Assembly: GCA_964016885.1 (NCBI GenBank)
Contig: OZ024740.1
Coordinates: 24,614,001-24,678,000 of the forward strand
Origin: Eledone cirrhosa
Lineage: Eukaryota
Reading direction: 5' to 3'
DNA: 64,000 nt
Made by a program: the position numbers and the translations under genes. The notes beneath the pieces were generated by a model. That model was given only the letters and a program-made list of their open reading frames with translations, was not told the origin of the DNA and did no database searches. Position 1 is the stretch's first letter, and the number at the start of each line of letters is the position of its first letter. Positions 1 to 12,519 of this stretch are shown here, in pieces.

Positions 1-878
1 ATTGATTCTGTTCTAATCTCTCTTTTGAGAGATGCCCACCATCGGTTGTTGAGGATTGCACCCGTCAACCTCTCCTTAACTAATCTGCTAATCCGGTTTC
101 TGTAAGTCTCTTTTGCCGGTGAAGACAAATTAAGTTTCCAGTAACCGGGACCCTGTTTATGTGTTTTCTCGAGATTGACTACGCAGGTCACTAATTTGTG
201 ATCCGTATAGCCAACCGTGAGCATTTCTGAACAGCTTAATATATCCCTATCCTTACTTCTAACTAAGAATCTATCTAAGTACGATCTAGATTGACCACTA
301 TGGTTCGTCCAAGTCCAGGTTGGCACAGTTGGAAAATCTAGTCGATATCTATCGACCAAGTTAAAACGGTCGAGTAACCACTTGAGGCTGTTATACCCCC
401 CTCTATTAGGACATGCTCCTGCATAGTCCCAACGTGCATCTAGGAGGTCATTCCAATCCCCCGCTAGAAGCAGGGAACGCGACGTTCCCAGAAAAGTCTT
501 CAAACGCTGGAAGAAGTCGGGCCGTTCAGCTCCGAAAGGGGAGTAGACGGCGACCAGTCTCAAGGCCGCACCTTCACTACTGCCAACGTCTAGCACCAAC
601 AAACGACCCTCCGGGTCCGAGTGAAAAACCTGTACGGCGTGACCCAGGTGTTTTTCCAGCAGTACGACAACCCCACCCCCACCTCCAGGTTGACAGAGAG
701 ATGCATGCACCTCAAAGTCATCGAAGGTAGGGGCCAGCTGCCGCACGACGCTGATCCGAGTCTCACAGATAACCATTACATTTATACCACGTGACCTGAG
801 GTCATTTAGAAGCTTTGCTTGCTTCCAAGTTGAGCCCAGGCCACGTGCATTCAAACATCCTACTCTTAACACATCCAT
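1..878 (-). CDS. Tx1/L1-clade non-LTR retrotransposon ORF2, N-terminal APE endonuclease domain (runs off the left edge)
   Basis: Manual translation from ATG at 878 is open to the window edge: MDVLRVGCLNARGL..VICETR..SDPEGR..VAVYSP..LAGDWN..WTW..SYLDRFL..YTDHKLV..GPGYWKLN. These are APE catalytic motifs plus the GxGxWKLN motif typical of L1/Tx1. Not in the ORF track because no stop is reached. Confidence 0.93.
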   Translation of the reverse strand, partial: MDVLRVGCLNARGLGSTWKQAKLLNDLRSRGINVMVICETRISVVRQLAPTFDDFEVHASLCQPGGGGGVVVLLEKHLGHAVQVFHSDPEGRLLVLDVGSSEGAALRLVAVYSPFGAERPDFFQRLKTFLGTSRSLLLAGDWNDLLDARWDYAGACPNRGGYNSLKWLLDRFNLVDRYRLDFPTVPTWTWTNHSGQSRSYLDRFLVRSKDRDILSCSEMLTVGYTDHKLVTCVVNLEKTHKQGPGYWKLNLSSPAKETYRNRISRLVKERLTGAILNNRWWASLKREIRTES

Positions 879-2582
879 GTGGGCGGCAAAGCCAAAGGAG
901 AGTGTAGAGACCTACCTTTCTGCTTCCCGGGGTTCGGGTCGCACGACTTCCATGGGGTCGGGGGTGTTGGGTGAAGGGGTGTCTTGTGGTGGTGTGGGGT
1001 CGTCAGTGTGTGGTGGGGTTGGGGTGTTTGGAGTTGTGTTTGGGGGGGGCTTTTTAGTAGGACGCGGTTCATGGGTTTGACAGAGGGTGGTCCTACGTCC
1101 TCCTTAAAATCCTTTTTTAGTTTTTGGTAGAGGTTCATTGGGATCTTTATTAATTTTAAATGTGGGTATTTTTCTGAAGAAACAAAGTTTACACCTTCGG
1201 TTTGTACCGAAGGATTATTGTTTATGAGATCATTTAATTTATTATTGTTTCTGTTGATGTAAGTATAGTGTAATGTCTTTTTTTCGGATGGTGTGAGTGT
1301 TTCGAAGAGGGGAGGGGCAGGTTTTGTTTTGTTTGTTGCTGGAGGGGTGTTTTGTGTTTTGTTGGATTGTGTTGACATTTGGGTAGGGGTTGTTTGGCCT
1401 TGTGTGTTTTGCACGTTTTCTTTTTTTCCTTTTAATCTGTCTGAAGGACTCCGTTTCTTCCTCCGAATTCGTTGGGTTATCTTCAGTGTTGGAGGGAAGA
1501 GGTATGTTTGCTGGTAATGTTTCCGTGTTGGTTTTCTTTGTGGGGGAGATGGATGTCACTATGTTAGACTGTGTTGTGTGTTGTGGCTGCGGTGGTTGTG
1601 TTGTTTTATTGAGTGAGGGGTTGGGTGGGACTGTGTTTTGTTTTTGGGTAATGTGTTGTGACTGTTTGTGTTGTGCTGGTGGTGTAGTTTTACTGAGGGA
1701 CGGGTTGGGTGGGACTGAGTTTTGTTTGTTTATCTGTTGTGGTGGTGGTGGAGCTGGTGTTGGTAGCAGGGTTTTCTTTTCGTTGAGTTGGGGACAAGCC
1801 GCCTTCAGGTGCCCTCTGCCTGCACAGATATGACAGGACGGCCTTCTCCCCTCCATGCTAATGTTTATATACCCGTGGCCCTCTAATAGGATTCTGTCGG
1901 GTATTCGGGCGATGCGTTGAGGCTTCATTTTCACTACAAGTTCTATACCTGTTCCACTGAACGCATTGCCTATGGTTTTCCCAATGGAAATCACGTTGTC
2001 ATTCGCTGGATCGATGAAGCCAGCTATGAGCCAGCAGTATTCCACATCTGGCATCATTGCATCCAGCCATATGCGCTGAGTTCTTTTACCCATATAAGAT
2101 GGATAAAAGGTAAAATTTGTCGAACGAATCGGCGACAATGCACATTTTTTTGCCGCCGATTCGTTCTTCATAATAATCGCTAGGCTTCCATACAGTCTGT
2201 CTCTTCTTATGAAAGTGGTTTCATTAAGTACTTCTGTAAGTACTGCTTTGATTTCTGTTTGTGTTGGCTGTTGAGGTTTTTTAGAAATGTTGTTGATGGT
2301 GCGGAAAACGACCGTCCGACTTTCAATGAGTTCTTGAGGCATTTTTACCGATAAAATACCATTTTCCCCTTGAGTTATGTATTGTTTGGCGTTTATAATT
2401 CTTTGTGCCACATCTGAAATATTTTCAGGTATATATGTCAAAGATTTCTTTGTTGTTTGTGCAAATGAAATATTATTGGTGTTGACTTTGTCGTCTGCTT
2501 TGCTTTCTGTTATGATGTTGTTTTCAAATGTTATTTTTGTGTTTGTTGTGTCTTTGTTTGTGGTATTAATATTGTCATGCAA
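866..2582 (-). CDS. Tx1/L1-type ORF1 (gag-like, CCHC zinc knuckle), probably frameshifted near 1400
   Basis: ORF 1242..2582 has CHICAGRGHLKAAC and a basic KRKKRKR tract. ORF 866..1414 continues in another frame and its stop overlaps the ORF2 ATG by 13 nt. Confidence 0.85.
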
Positions 2583-3108
2583 TTTAAAAAATTTTTTTTT
2601 GTTGTTGGAATCAATGTCCAGATTTGTGTTTTCGTCATTTTTCTCCGCACATTCGTCTGTTTTTATTTTATTTTTTTCTTTCCTTCTCTATGACGTTAGT
2701 TGGGAAAGAAGGGGGGGGGGGACTAAAGCGTGCGAGCTTACAGCTCTTACCGCTGTGCCGCCACCACCATTTTCGTTAGCTTCGTTTAATATTTCTGTCA
2801 GACGATTGAATTTTTTATGCCACAAAATTTAAAAAAACAGGTTTTTCTCCCCTGGGAGGGGCGAAGATGAGCTGACCCACCGCCCGACAGTTCAGACGGG
2901 GGGTCAAGCTACACAATAGTATCAAAATTAAAATTGAACTTACAAAATTTCCGCAATAAATTGGAACAAAACTTCTGCGCGAAGTGAATTACATCTACGC
3001 TGTAGAAAGACGACAGCTAGATTATATATAGAAAGATAAATAGATAGATAGATAGATATATTGATAGAAATATAGATAGATATATAGATAGATATATAGA
3101 TAGATAGA

Positions 3109-4832
3109 TTTCTTTATTTGTTTGTGTTGATGTATGCATATTGTTGTTTGTGATTTTGTTGTGTTGTTTTAGTTTGTTGTTCGTCCGGGAGTTTTCTTTT
3201 TATGGTGGGTGCTTGTGTTTGGGGTGGTGTTGGTTTTGGTTTTGTTGGTAGGGGCATGTTTGACTGTGGTGTTGTTTGTGTCTGTGGTTATATGTTGGTG
3301 TTGGTGATTGGAGTTTTGTGGGTTTTGTGGTGTCTCTTTTTTTGTTTTTGGATTTCCGAGGCTCTCCTTCTTCATTTAAAGAAGAAGCAGCCTCATCTGT
3401 AGTTGAATAATCATCGTCAGGAGTGTGGGGTAGGAGTATGTTGTGTGGTGGTGGTGTTTCGGTGTGTGTGTTTGTGTTAGTGTTTGATGGAGTGGGTTGG
3501 GTGGGGCTGTGTTCTTCAGGGATGTTGTCTGTGTTTTTTTCTGTTGTTGTTGGTAGAGTGGCTGTTTGTTTTGGTGTGTTTGCTTGTTTAGTGTGTTGTT
3601 GTTGTGGTGGTGCTGGTTGTTTTGGTGTTGGTGTTGGTAACAGTATTTTCTTTTGGGTCGTTTTGTTTGAGCGTGTTTGTAAAGGGTAGGATTCCTTTAG
3701 TTGTGTGGTGCTATTGCAACGAAAGCAATGTGGTTTTTATCCCTCAACCGAAATGTAAATGTAGTTGTTGTTGTCGACTAGGACTTTTTCGGGTATTTTG
3801 GAGATTCTCTCCGGCCTCATCTGCACCAGAATCTGCAAATTGGTACCCACCCACCTTTGTCTCGTCGACTTCGTGACCGAAAGAATTACATCATTTTCTG
3901 GCTCCACGAACCCTGCCAAAATCCACAAGATGTTGATGTTTAGTGGTATACTATTTATTTTTATTTTTTGTGTTCTTTTTGCCATGTAAGTAGGGAAAAA
4001 GGTATGCATTTTCGAAATGATTGGCAGCACAGAATGCTTCTGTGCGAGGTCCTCGCTTTTAAAAAGTACCTAAATACTTCCATACAGTCTGCCTCTTTGC
4101 AGAAAATCGATGTTTTCCAAAGCCTCCTTCAGGGTGGCTTCAATTTCCCCTTGAATAAGGAAAACTAGTGTTCGTGGGTTATTCGAGACAGTTCTGAAAG
4201 CTACCGTCCTTCGAACTGTTTCGTTTTTATATTCCAAGGGTGAGTTTATTTGAAACCCACCCTTTTCTTCAAATGTTATAAATTGTCTCGGATCAAACAA
4301 CATCTGTTTTGAATTGCTGATGTCCAACTCTTTATATTCGTTTTTTTTATTACAGTCTGTGCGAATGTTGTTTTCTCAGTTTTGTTGTTGTTGTTATTTT
4401 TTTTCGTGTGTAGTTGTGTTAATTGTTTCAATTTCTGCATTTTCTGTATTTTTCTTGTGGGCTGTTATTTTCATCTTTTCTTGTGCAAATATCCATTTCT
4501 TTACGAAACGAAGTTTTGTTGTTTGTCTCCATAGATACTTCTATGGAAATAGAGGGAGATATAACGCTTATATATACCTCTTTCCCTCTCTTCTTGCTGT
4601 TTAGCGTTCTCTGTAATTCACACATTGTTAAAGTTAGGAACATTTTAAAACTTCTCAATAATATTTTAAATTAAATGTTAGCCCCACAGGGGCGAAAACG
4701 GAGATTACCACTCAGCTGACAATATACCCTGGGTGTTAATCTATCAAACAATATACATCTTCACACAATAAATTCTGTTTTTGTATAGAACATTTTAGAA
4801 AAACTTACCGACAATTTATTGCACGTCCGGTC
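3109..4832 (-). mobile_element. Degenerate ORF1-only Tx1-like element
   Basis: ORFs 4070..4327 and 3737..4030 match element 1 ORF1 (TVAFRTV/TVVFRTI, RLYGSI/RLYGSL, FFPTYMAKRTQ/FYPSYMGKRTQ, WILAGF/WLIAGF). It has stops and a decayed knuckle, and ends AATAAAGAAA followed by (TCTA)n. Confidence 0.8.
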
Positions 4833-5014
4833 GATAGATAGATAGGTAGATAGATAGGTAAATTGTCATATGACAGTACTGTGACACTCTATCATTACAA
4901 TTAAATATGAAACCTCTTATAAGGAACTGCATCACAGAAAGCGATCTACACCTCCGATGTGGGTTTATCAACAACAGAGAAAATATACTGACTAATAACA
5001 ATAAAATACCGACC

Positions 5015-5220
5015 CTACCACCACCACTACCACCACTACCTCCACCAATACCACTACCAACACCACTACCTCTGCCACAGCCACCACTACCATCACCACC
5101 ACCACCACCACCACCACCACCACCACCACTAACACCACCACCATCACCACCCCCACCACTACCTCCACCACCACAACTACCACCATTACCACCACTACCA
5201 CCACCACCATCACCACCACG
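5015..5220. repeat. (CCA)n/(CTA)n simple repeat
   Basis: Visible triplet repeat; explains the poly-Pro and poly-Val ORFs. Confidence 0.9.
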
Positions 5221-5231
5221 TCACTACGACC

Positions 5232-7020
5232 AGAGGAAATATGGTGGTTCACTGGAATCTGATTTCTTGGTTCAAGATTGAAACAGCAAGATAGGAAATA
5301 TGGTGCTTCACTGGAATCTAATTTCTAGGTTCAAAATTGAGACAGCAAGATAGGAAATATGGTGGTTCACTGGAATCTGATTTCTTGGTTCAACATTGAG
5401 ACAGCTAGATAGGAAATGTGGTGGTTCACTGGAATCTGATTTTTTGGTTCAAGATCGAGACAGCAAGATAGGAAATATGGTGGTTCACTGGAATCTGATT
5501 TTTTTGGTTCAAGATTGAGACAGCAAGATAGGAAATATGGTGGTTCACTGGAATCTGATTTCCTGGATCAAGATTGAGACAGCAAGATAGGAAATATGGT
5601 GGTTCACTGGAATCTGATTTCTTGGTCCAAGATTGAGACTAGAAGATAGGAAATATGGTGGTTCACTGGAATCTGATTTCTTGGTTCAAGATTGAGACAG
5701 CAACATAGGAAATATGTTGGTTCACTGGAATCTGATTTCTTGGTTCAAGATTGAGTCAGTAAGATAGGAAATTTGGTGGCTCACTGGAATCTGATTTCTA
5801 GGTTCAAGATTGAGACAGCAAAATAGGAAATATGATGGTTCACTGGAATCTGATTTCTTGGATCAACATTGAGTCAGTAAGATAGGAAATATGGTGGTTC
5901 ACTGTAATCTGAATTTTTGGTTCAAGATTGAGACAGCAAGATAGGAAATATGTTGGTTCACTGGAATCTGATTTTTTGGTTCAAGATTGAGACAGCAAGA
6001 TAGGAAATATGGTGGTTCACTGGAATCTGATTTCTTGGTTCAAGATTGAGACAGCAAGATAGGAAATATGGTGGTTCACTGGAATCTGATTTCTAGGTTC
6101 AAGTTTGAGACAGCAAGATAGGAAATATGGTGGTTCACTGGAATCTGATTTCTTGGTTCAAGATTAAGACAGCAAGATAGGAAATATGGTGGTTCACTGG
6201 AATCTGATTTCTAGGTTCAAGTTTGAGACAGCAACATAGGAAATATAGTGGCTCACTGGAATCTGATTTCTTGGTTCAAGATTGAGACAGCAAGATAGGA
6301 AATATAGTGGTTCACTGGAATCTGATTTCTAGGTTCAAGATTGAGACAGCAAAATAGGAAATATGATGGTTCACTGGAATCTGATTTCTTGGATCAAGTT
6401 TGAGACAGCAAGGTAGGGAATATGGTGGTTCACTGGAATCTGATTTCTTAGTTCAAGATTGAGACAGCAAGATAGGAAATATGGTGGTTCACTGAATTAT
6501 GATTTCTAGGTTCAAGATTGAGACAGCAAGGTAGGAAATATAGTGGTTCACTGGAATCTGATTTCTCGGTTCAAGATTGAGACAAGTTAGAAAAGATGGT
6601 GGTTATTTGCTGCAATATGATTTCTAGGTTCAAGATTTAGACAGCAAGGTAGGAAATATGGTGGTTGTTCACTGGAATCTGATTTCTTGGCTCAAGATTC
6701 AGATAGAAATATAAGAAATATGGTGGCTGTTCGCTGGAATATTTCTCAGCTCAAGATTCAGGCAGCAAGATAGGAAAGAAATATGGTGGTTCATCACTGG
6801 AATCAGATTTCTCGGTTCAAGATTTAGACACTAAGATAGGAAATATGGTGGTACTTCACTGAAACATGATTTCTGTGTTGAACATGGTTGTTCACTGGAA
6901 CGTGATTTCTAGGTTCAAGATCAGACAAGAAACGATATATGGTGGTTGTTCACTGGAATATTTCTAGGTTCAAGATTGAGACAACAAGATAGGAAATATG
7001 GTGGTTGTTCACAAGATTCA
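5232..7020. repeat. 59-bp tandem satellite, ~30 copies
   Basis: Unit GATAGGAAATATGGTGGTTCACTGGAATCTGATTTCTTGGTTCAAGATTGAGACAGCAA; degenerates after ~6580. Confidence 0.95.
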
Positions 7021-7124
7021 AGAATTAATTACATAGAATGATGAAAAATACAATAGCAGAAATATGAAAAGACAATTGCAAAATGAAAATGAAAATGAAA
7101 GATGGTAATTTTAAATAGCATTGT

Positions 7125-7212
7125 AACGATGATGATGATGATGGTGATGATGGCGGTGGTATTTTTGTGTAGATGAGGATGATGGTGGTGGTGTTTTTAT
7201 GTAGATGAAGAC

Positions 7213-7246
<34 letters not shown>

Positions 7247-7286
7247 TTGATGATGGTGGTGGCGGTGCTTTTATGTAGATGATGAC

Positions 7287-7317
<31 letters not shown>

Positions 7318-7819
7318 GTAGTGGCGGTGATTTTATGTTGAGGATGATGATGATGGTGGTGTTTTTATGTAGATGATGACGATAATGATGGTGGTGGTGG
7401 TGATAATAATGATGTTGACGGTGGTGGTGGTGGTGATGATAATGATGGTGGTGGTGGTGGTGTTGGAGATAATGGTGGTAGTGGTGGTGATGGTGATGAT
7501 AATGATGGTGGTGGTGGTGATGGTGAGAATGGTAGTGGTTATGATGCTGGTAATAGGAGTGCTAGTGGTGATGATGTTGATGTTGATGATGATGATGGTG
7601 GTGGTGCTGGTGATGATGATAATGGTGGTGATGTGATGGTGATGGTGATGGTGATGGTGTGCTTGTGTGTATGTGTGTGTGCGTGTGTGTGTGTTTGTGT
7701 GTGTGGGTTTGTGTGTATGTGTGTTTGTGTGTGGAGAGGGGGTTGTATGTGTGTGTGTTTGTGTGTGTGGATTTGTGTGTATGTGTGTGTGAGAGAGAGA
7801 CAGAGAGAGAGAGAGTGGT

Positions 7820-7895
<76 letters not shown>
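7125..7895. repeat. Compound microsatellite (GAT/GGT)n-(GT)n-(GA)n
   Basis: Directly visible. Confidence 0.9.
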
Positions 7896-7897
<2 letters not shown>

Positions 7898-8134
7898 AGG
7901 CATATTGAAATAGAGAAGGAGAATAAAAATGAGTTTAAACTATTTGGAATCATTTGGAAATGTCTCCTCAAAGACGGAATTTATATAAAATTCTATTCTT
8001 ATTTATCATTATAATTATTATATTTATTTATATTGTAATAATAATAATAAAAATAACAATAATAATAATAATAACAACAACAACACCAACAACAAATCCC
8101 AATCTCCATAATCCTTATGCATACTAATATTCAT

Positions 8135-8378
8135 TTGGTTTCTGTTATAAGAAAATAGCTTGGCAGCACAAGATTAAACCTCCCCATCAGAAACCACCAG
8201 AAACACATTACGAAGCAGAACACAGAAATAACTGCAGAATATGTGGTGATGGAGAAGAAAATATTAACCACATTATCTCTGGCTGCTCTGTCTCAGCTTC
8301 CAAAGGTATAGCTACCGACATGATGCCGTTGGCAGGTACACACAGGGAATATGCCAACTCCACAAAATACCAACAAAA
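8135..8378 (+). mobile_element. R4/Dong-clade (RLE) retrotransposon fragment, zinc-knuckle region
   Basis: Translates with frameshifts to AAQD..LPIRNHQKHI..NCRICGDGEENINHIISGC..YRHDAVG, the CCHC plus RHD segment that precedes the RLE domain. It follows a (TAA/CAA)n tract. Confidence 0.7.
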
Positions 8379-8399
8379 TCTTGGTATATCATTTTCAGA

Positions 8400-8645
8400 G
8401 AATCTTCTACGTCTTCCTCTCCCACTTACTTCTGAGAGGTTCGTGGAAGCAGGGTTCTCAAACACTTCTTCCAGCGAGTCCTGTCAGAAGCAACTTTATT
8501 CAACTGATCCAGTTCGATCCCCAAGTGACCTAGCCAAGCTCATGGATGTTATCCAACCATCTTGCTCGGGGTCATCTATGCTTGACTCCCTTGTCGGCTG
8601 GTTTTGTCCGGAAAATCTGTCCATCGATTCTTTCCTGAGACATTG
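8400..8645 (-). mobile_element. RTE-clade LINE 3' end fragment
   Basis: Minus strand reads approximately HRRPRTRWLDNIHEL..VASDRTRWKK, resembling the RTE C-terminus. Confidence 0.55.
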
Positions 8646-8705
8646 TAATAATAGTAGTAGTAGTAGTAGTACCAGTAGCAGCAATAGTAATAGTAGTAGT
8701 TGTTT

Positions 8706-8739
<34 letters not shown>

Positions 8740-9042
8740 CGTAGCAGTATTAGTAGTAGTAGTAGTAGTAGTAGAAGTAGTAGTAGTAGCAGCATCAGCA
8801 GCAGCAGTAATAGTAGTAGTAGTAGTAGCAGTAGTAGTAGTAGTAGTAGCAGCAGCAGTAGTAGCAGTAGTAGTAGTAGTAGCAGTAGCAGCAGTAGTAG
8901 TAGTAGTAGTAGCAGCAGCAGCAGTAGTAGTAGCAGTAGTAGTAGTAGTAGTAGTAGTAGTTGCAGTAGTAGTAGTAGTAGTAGTAGCAGTAGTAGTAGT
9001 AGTAGTAGTAGTAGCAGTAGTAGTAGTAGTAGTAGTAGCATC

Positions 9043-9079
<37 letters not shown>

Positions 9080-9110
9080 ACAGTAGTAGTAGTAGCAGTA
9101 GTAGTAGTAC
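8646..9110. repeat. (AGT/AGC)n microsatellite
   Basis: Visible; source of the poly-Ser and poly-Leu ORFs. Confidence 0.95.
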
Positions 9111-9959
9111 AATTTATAGCAGCAATATTCTTTCCTTATGATTTCTCTCTCAAATATCTTCATCTAATATTTTATAATTTCATTAAATTATTTTAATGTT
9201 ATTTTTACTGTTATTTTCTTTATTAAATTTAGTTTCTTAGTTTGTCCCCTAACACACCCATTGCCCCATCTATTAATAATACAATTTATCCCCTAAACAC
9301 ACCCCAACAGCAACCATCTATTAATAATACAATTTATCCCCTAAACACACCCCAACAGCCCCAACTATTCATTATACACAACTTAAATTATAACGAAGAC
9401 AAATTTATTGGGGATGACCAAATATAACGAAATAAAATATTTTTAGAGAAAACTGAAAACAACAACATTGATTGGCGAAGGGGGGGGGGGGGGAGAAGAA
9501 GAAGAAAAAGAAGAAGAAGAAGAAGAATGAAAAGTAGAAAAAGAAGAAAAAGGAGAACAACAACAGCAACAATAACCACAACAACAAAAATATGAAACAA
9601 AGTAATAATGAAAGTAATGAAAGAGATGGTGTAGGTGAATTGGAGGGTATACAGTACTGTACTGTACTGTAGTGGTGGTGGTGGTGGTGGTAGTGGTGGT
9701 GAGGATGATGATGACGATGGTTATGATATTGATTGCGCTGTTGTCATTGTTTCTACTTTTGGCACAAGGTCAGCAATTAGTCAGTACATTACTGGTACTT
9801 TAAAGATCAATAACCATAAAAGTGTTTCAAATGATGGTAATAAAGTAAATAACTTTACCAAAATTATTATTATTATCATTATTTCGCAGCATCGAGAAAC
9901 GTCCCTTTATGCTCTGTTATGAAGAGAGAACAACTTGTTCGGAGAGAAAGAACTATGAT

Positions 9960-10215
9960 GTCAGATGAAATACATTGAAGAAGAAATTGGTTGTAAATAT
10001 GTTGGAATATTAGAAGTAGATGGAATAAAATATGAAGAGATGTAAGGTATACCAAGAATATGTACGACGATTGGGGAGAATATTAAAATCAGTGGGATCA
10101 TTATTCCTGCTATCAGTTGAAGGAGATTGTCTATCATTAGATATGGAGCTAGCATCATAGGTTGGACGATGACAAAGCTGCAGGATTTCAATCGCAAATC
10201 AAGAGAATTGCTCTG
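9960..10215 (+). mobile_element. Degenerate R4/Dong-like post-RT fragment
   Basis: EEEIGCKYVGILEVDGIKYEEM and LSIIRYGASIIGWT resemble the YKYLGI and IRYxAGxIxWT motifs. Confidence 0.55.
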
Positions 10216-10768
10216 TCTTTGTGTGAGTAATGTTGGTGATGATGCTGAAGATTTCCAACATTGGCACATTTCACGAAGACATTTATGTAAATTTCAGTTT
10301 TAGTTTAATCTGATATGTTGATATTATTGGATTCAGGTGGATTGGCAGTGTCGGTAGAGGGTCGGACATCATGCTTTATATATATAAGCGTATTCGTCTG
10401 CAATGTTTAGTTACTCAAGATTCACGTGTTTCAACACTCAATGCTAATATCACTGATATGGTACTCTACGTTTGGTACTTCCCCACAGTCAGTATCCTTA
10501 AGCCGAGTGATTATATTATAGAGTAGGGACGAAGTTATGATTATTTACACGTGACACGCGTTTGGAGATCGATCAGTTCAAGTTAAGATCGGAAGTGGTC
10601 GGTCCAGACACTGGAATCAATAGCTTGTCAGAATTGTGGATTCTTAAATGAATCGATTTATCACTACCACAACCATATATATTCTTAATGCGTTGCTAAT
10701 TCGGACTCATTTTTAGTATTAGTGTATCCCTTGGAATCCATTGTTAGTGAATGAGTAGTATTATTGAT

Positions 10769-10958
10769 CGGTGAATTGGTAGTATCGGTAGAGGGTCGGA
10801 CGCCATGCTTTGAAGCAAATAGTTACGGCCTTTTATGGTCTGAGTTCAAATCCCGCCGAGGTTAACTTTGCCTTTCATCCTTACGGGGTCGATAAAATAA
10901 AGTCCCAGTAATGCACTGGGTAATTGCTGGCCTTGTGCCAAAAGTAGAAACAATTATT
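10769..10958 (+). mobile_element. tRNA-derived SINE, family A (Meta-domain-like)
   Basis: A-box-like TGGTAGTATCGG, B-box GAGTTCAAATCC, central GCCTTTCATCCTTACGGGGTCGATAAA, tail GGCCTTGTGCCAAAAGTAGAAACAATTATT. A 5' fragment is also present at ~10337 and a tail at ~9750. Confidence 0.85.
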
Positions 10959-11191
10959 GGATACATTGCTGAAGAGGAAATACGCCTGTTGGTTCCTCAC
11001 ATGTAGTTCTATAGATTTCTGTGTGAGACATTTCACAAAACAAACATTTTCACTTCATTTACATTGCGATGCAATTTGAGTAAATGAATGTATTCTAAAG
11101 TAACATCGATTCAACCAAAGCGAGGGCCAAACGGCGGAAATTATAAATGGTCTCAATTGGTTGGTGCATATATGGAAGCCACCTATATAGC

Positions 11192-11305
11192 AATAATTGT
11201 TTCTATTTTTGGCACAAGGACAGCAATTATCCCAGTGTATTACTGGTACTTTATTTTATCGACCCCGTAAGGATGAAAGGCAAAGATAACCTCGGCGTAT
11301 TTGAA
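11192..11305 (-). mobile_element. SINE family A, 3' half
   Basis: Reverse complement of the 3' part of the 10769 copy. Confidence 0.8.
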
Positions 11306-11723
11306 TAGCAATAATAAAACCCAACCTCAATAGAAAGCAGGAGCATTATAAGAACAACACCAGGAAATAGAGTCACATAGGAATAGAACACTGGCTTGCA
11401 TAAACAGACATAGGGTGAGTGTATAGACATGCATATATATATAAATAGGTAAGAACATTTGAAAGCTTGTGATAAGTCGCTAAGTCGCACCACATGCGCA
11501 GATATACTTAAATTCACATAGAAACCTATTGGGTTAGCTTGTTTCTATATATAACCATATCTGACTTCACGTCAAGGCAAATATCAGGTGTGAAAGATTT
11601 ACATGCATTTGTATGCATGATACATATAAAAAAAAACTATATATATATATATATATATATATATGCGTGTGTGTGTGTGTTTGTATGTGCGCGCGCGAGT
11701 GTTTGTGTGTGTATATGTATGAG

Positions 11724-11761
<38 letters not shown>

Positions 11762-12519
11762 AGTGAGAGAAAGATGATATATATATATATATATATATAT
11801 ACAGTTTAATAAATGAACAGAGATCAAAAACCAGAGAGGCAGATGTATATATATATATATATATCTATATATATATATGAATATATGCACAATTGTTGAC
11901 ATTCCTTAGACATAAACACACACACACATTCACATATACTTACCCACTCACTCTCCCACACGCCACTCACACACACATATACGCATGTGAAATCAAACAC
12001 ACACGCAAGAAACCTCAGGTACATGAACAAAATATAACTTTACGAAAACCCTCAGAGGTTTCATTCCACGACTTTTGAAACCGGAGCTGTTTTACAAATA
12101 GTATGTAAATCTCTATACAAAACTTGCCCGAGGCACAAGCGCGGTCCTCGTGGCAAATTGTTGCGCAAAATTTTAAATCTCAAATCAATTCCAGTTGAAG
12201 TTATTCTAACGCTAATTAATTGTAACATTGAATTTCGTTTAGCCATTAACGTCTAGAACAACAACGCACCTCACACACACATAAACGGATATAGATAAAC
12301 CCAAGATAGCAATCTGTCACTCATACACACATTACATAGACAGCGAGACATCTAGATATATTCATAGTCATATCATTGATAACTGCACAACTGAAACACA
12401 CCTCATACATCAAACACTTACACAGAAACATAGATCTACACAGGAATATGTCTATATACGTCATAACGACACAAACACACACTGTAACACACTATATACA
12501 CTCAGTCATACACACCTTC

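Larger units (their letters stand above)
1..3018 (-). mobile_element. 5' part of a Tx1/L1-clade retrotransposon
   Basis: 5'UTR (~2583-3018), ORF1 and ORF2 in order; the 5' end abuts the (TAGA)n tract at 3020-3108. Confidence 0.85.

Noticed and set aside
4800-4812. Minus-strand splice donor GTAAGT
   Set aside because: Lies in a retroelement 5'UTR with no credible exon.
5232-7020. CRISPR-like regular array
   Set aside because: No unique spacers and no cas genes; a plain tandem satellite in eukaryotic DNA. The same applies to 31520-32757.
8320-9141. Poly-Ser ORF of 273 aa
   Set aside because: Chimeric read-through of LINE fragments into (AGT)n.
12061-12246. 61-aa minus-strand ORF in unique-looking DNA
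   Set aside because: No recognisable motif or splice support.
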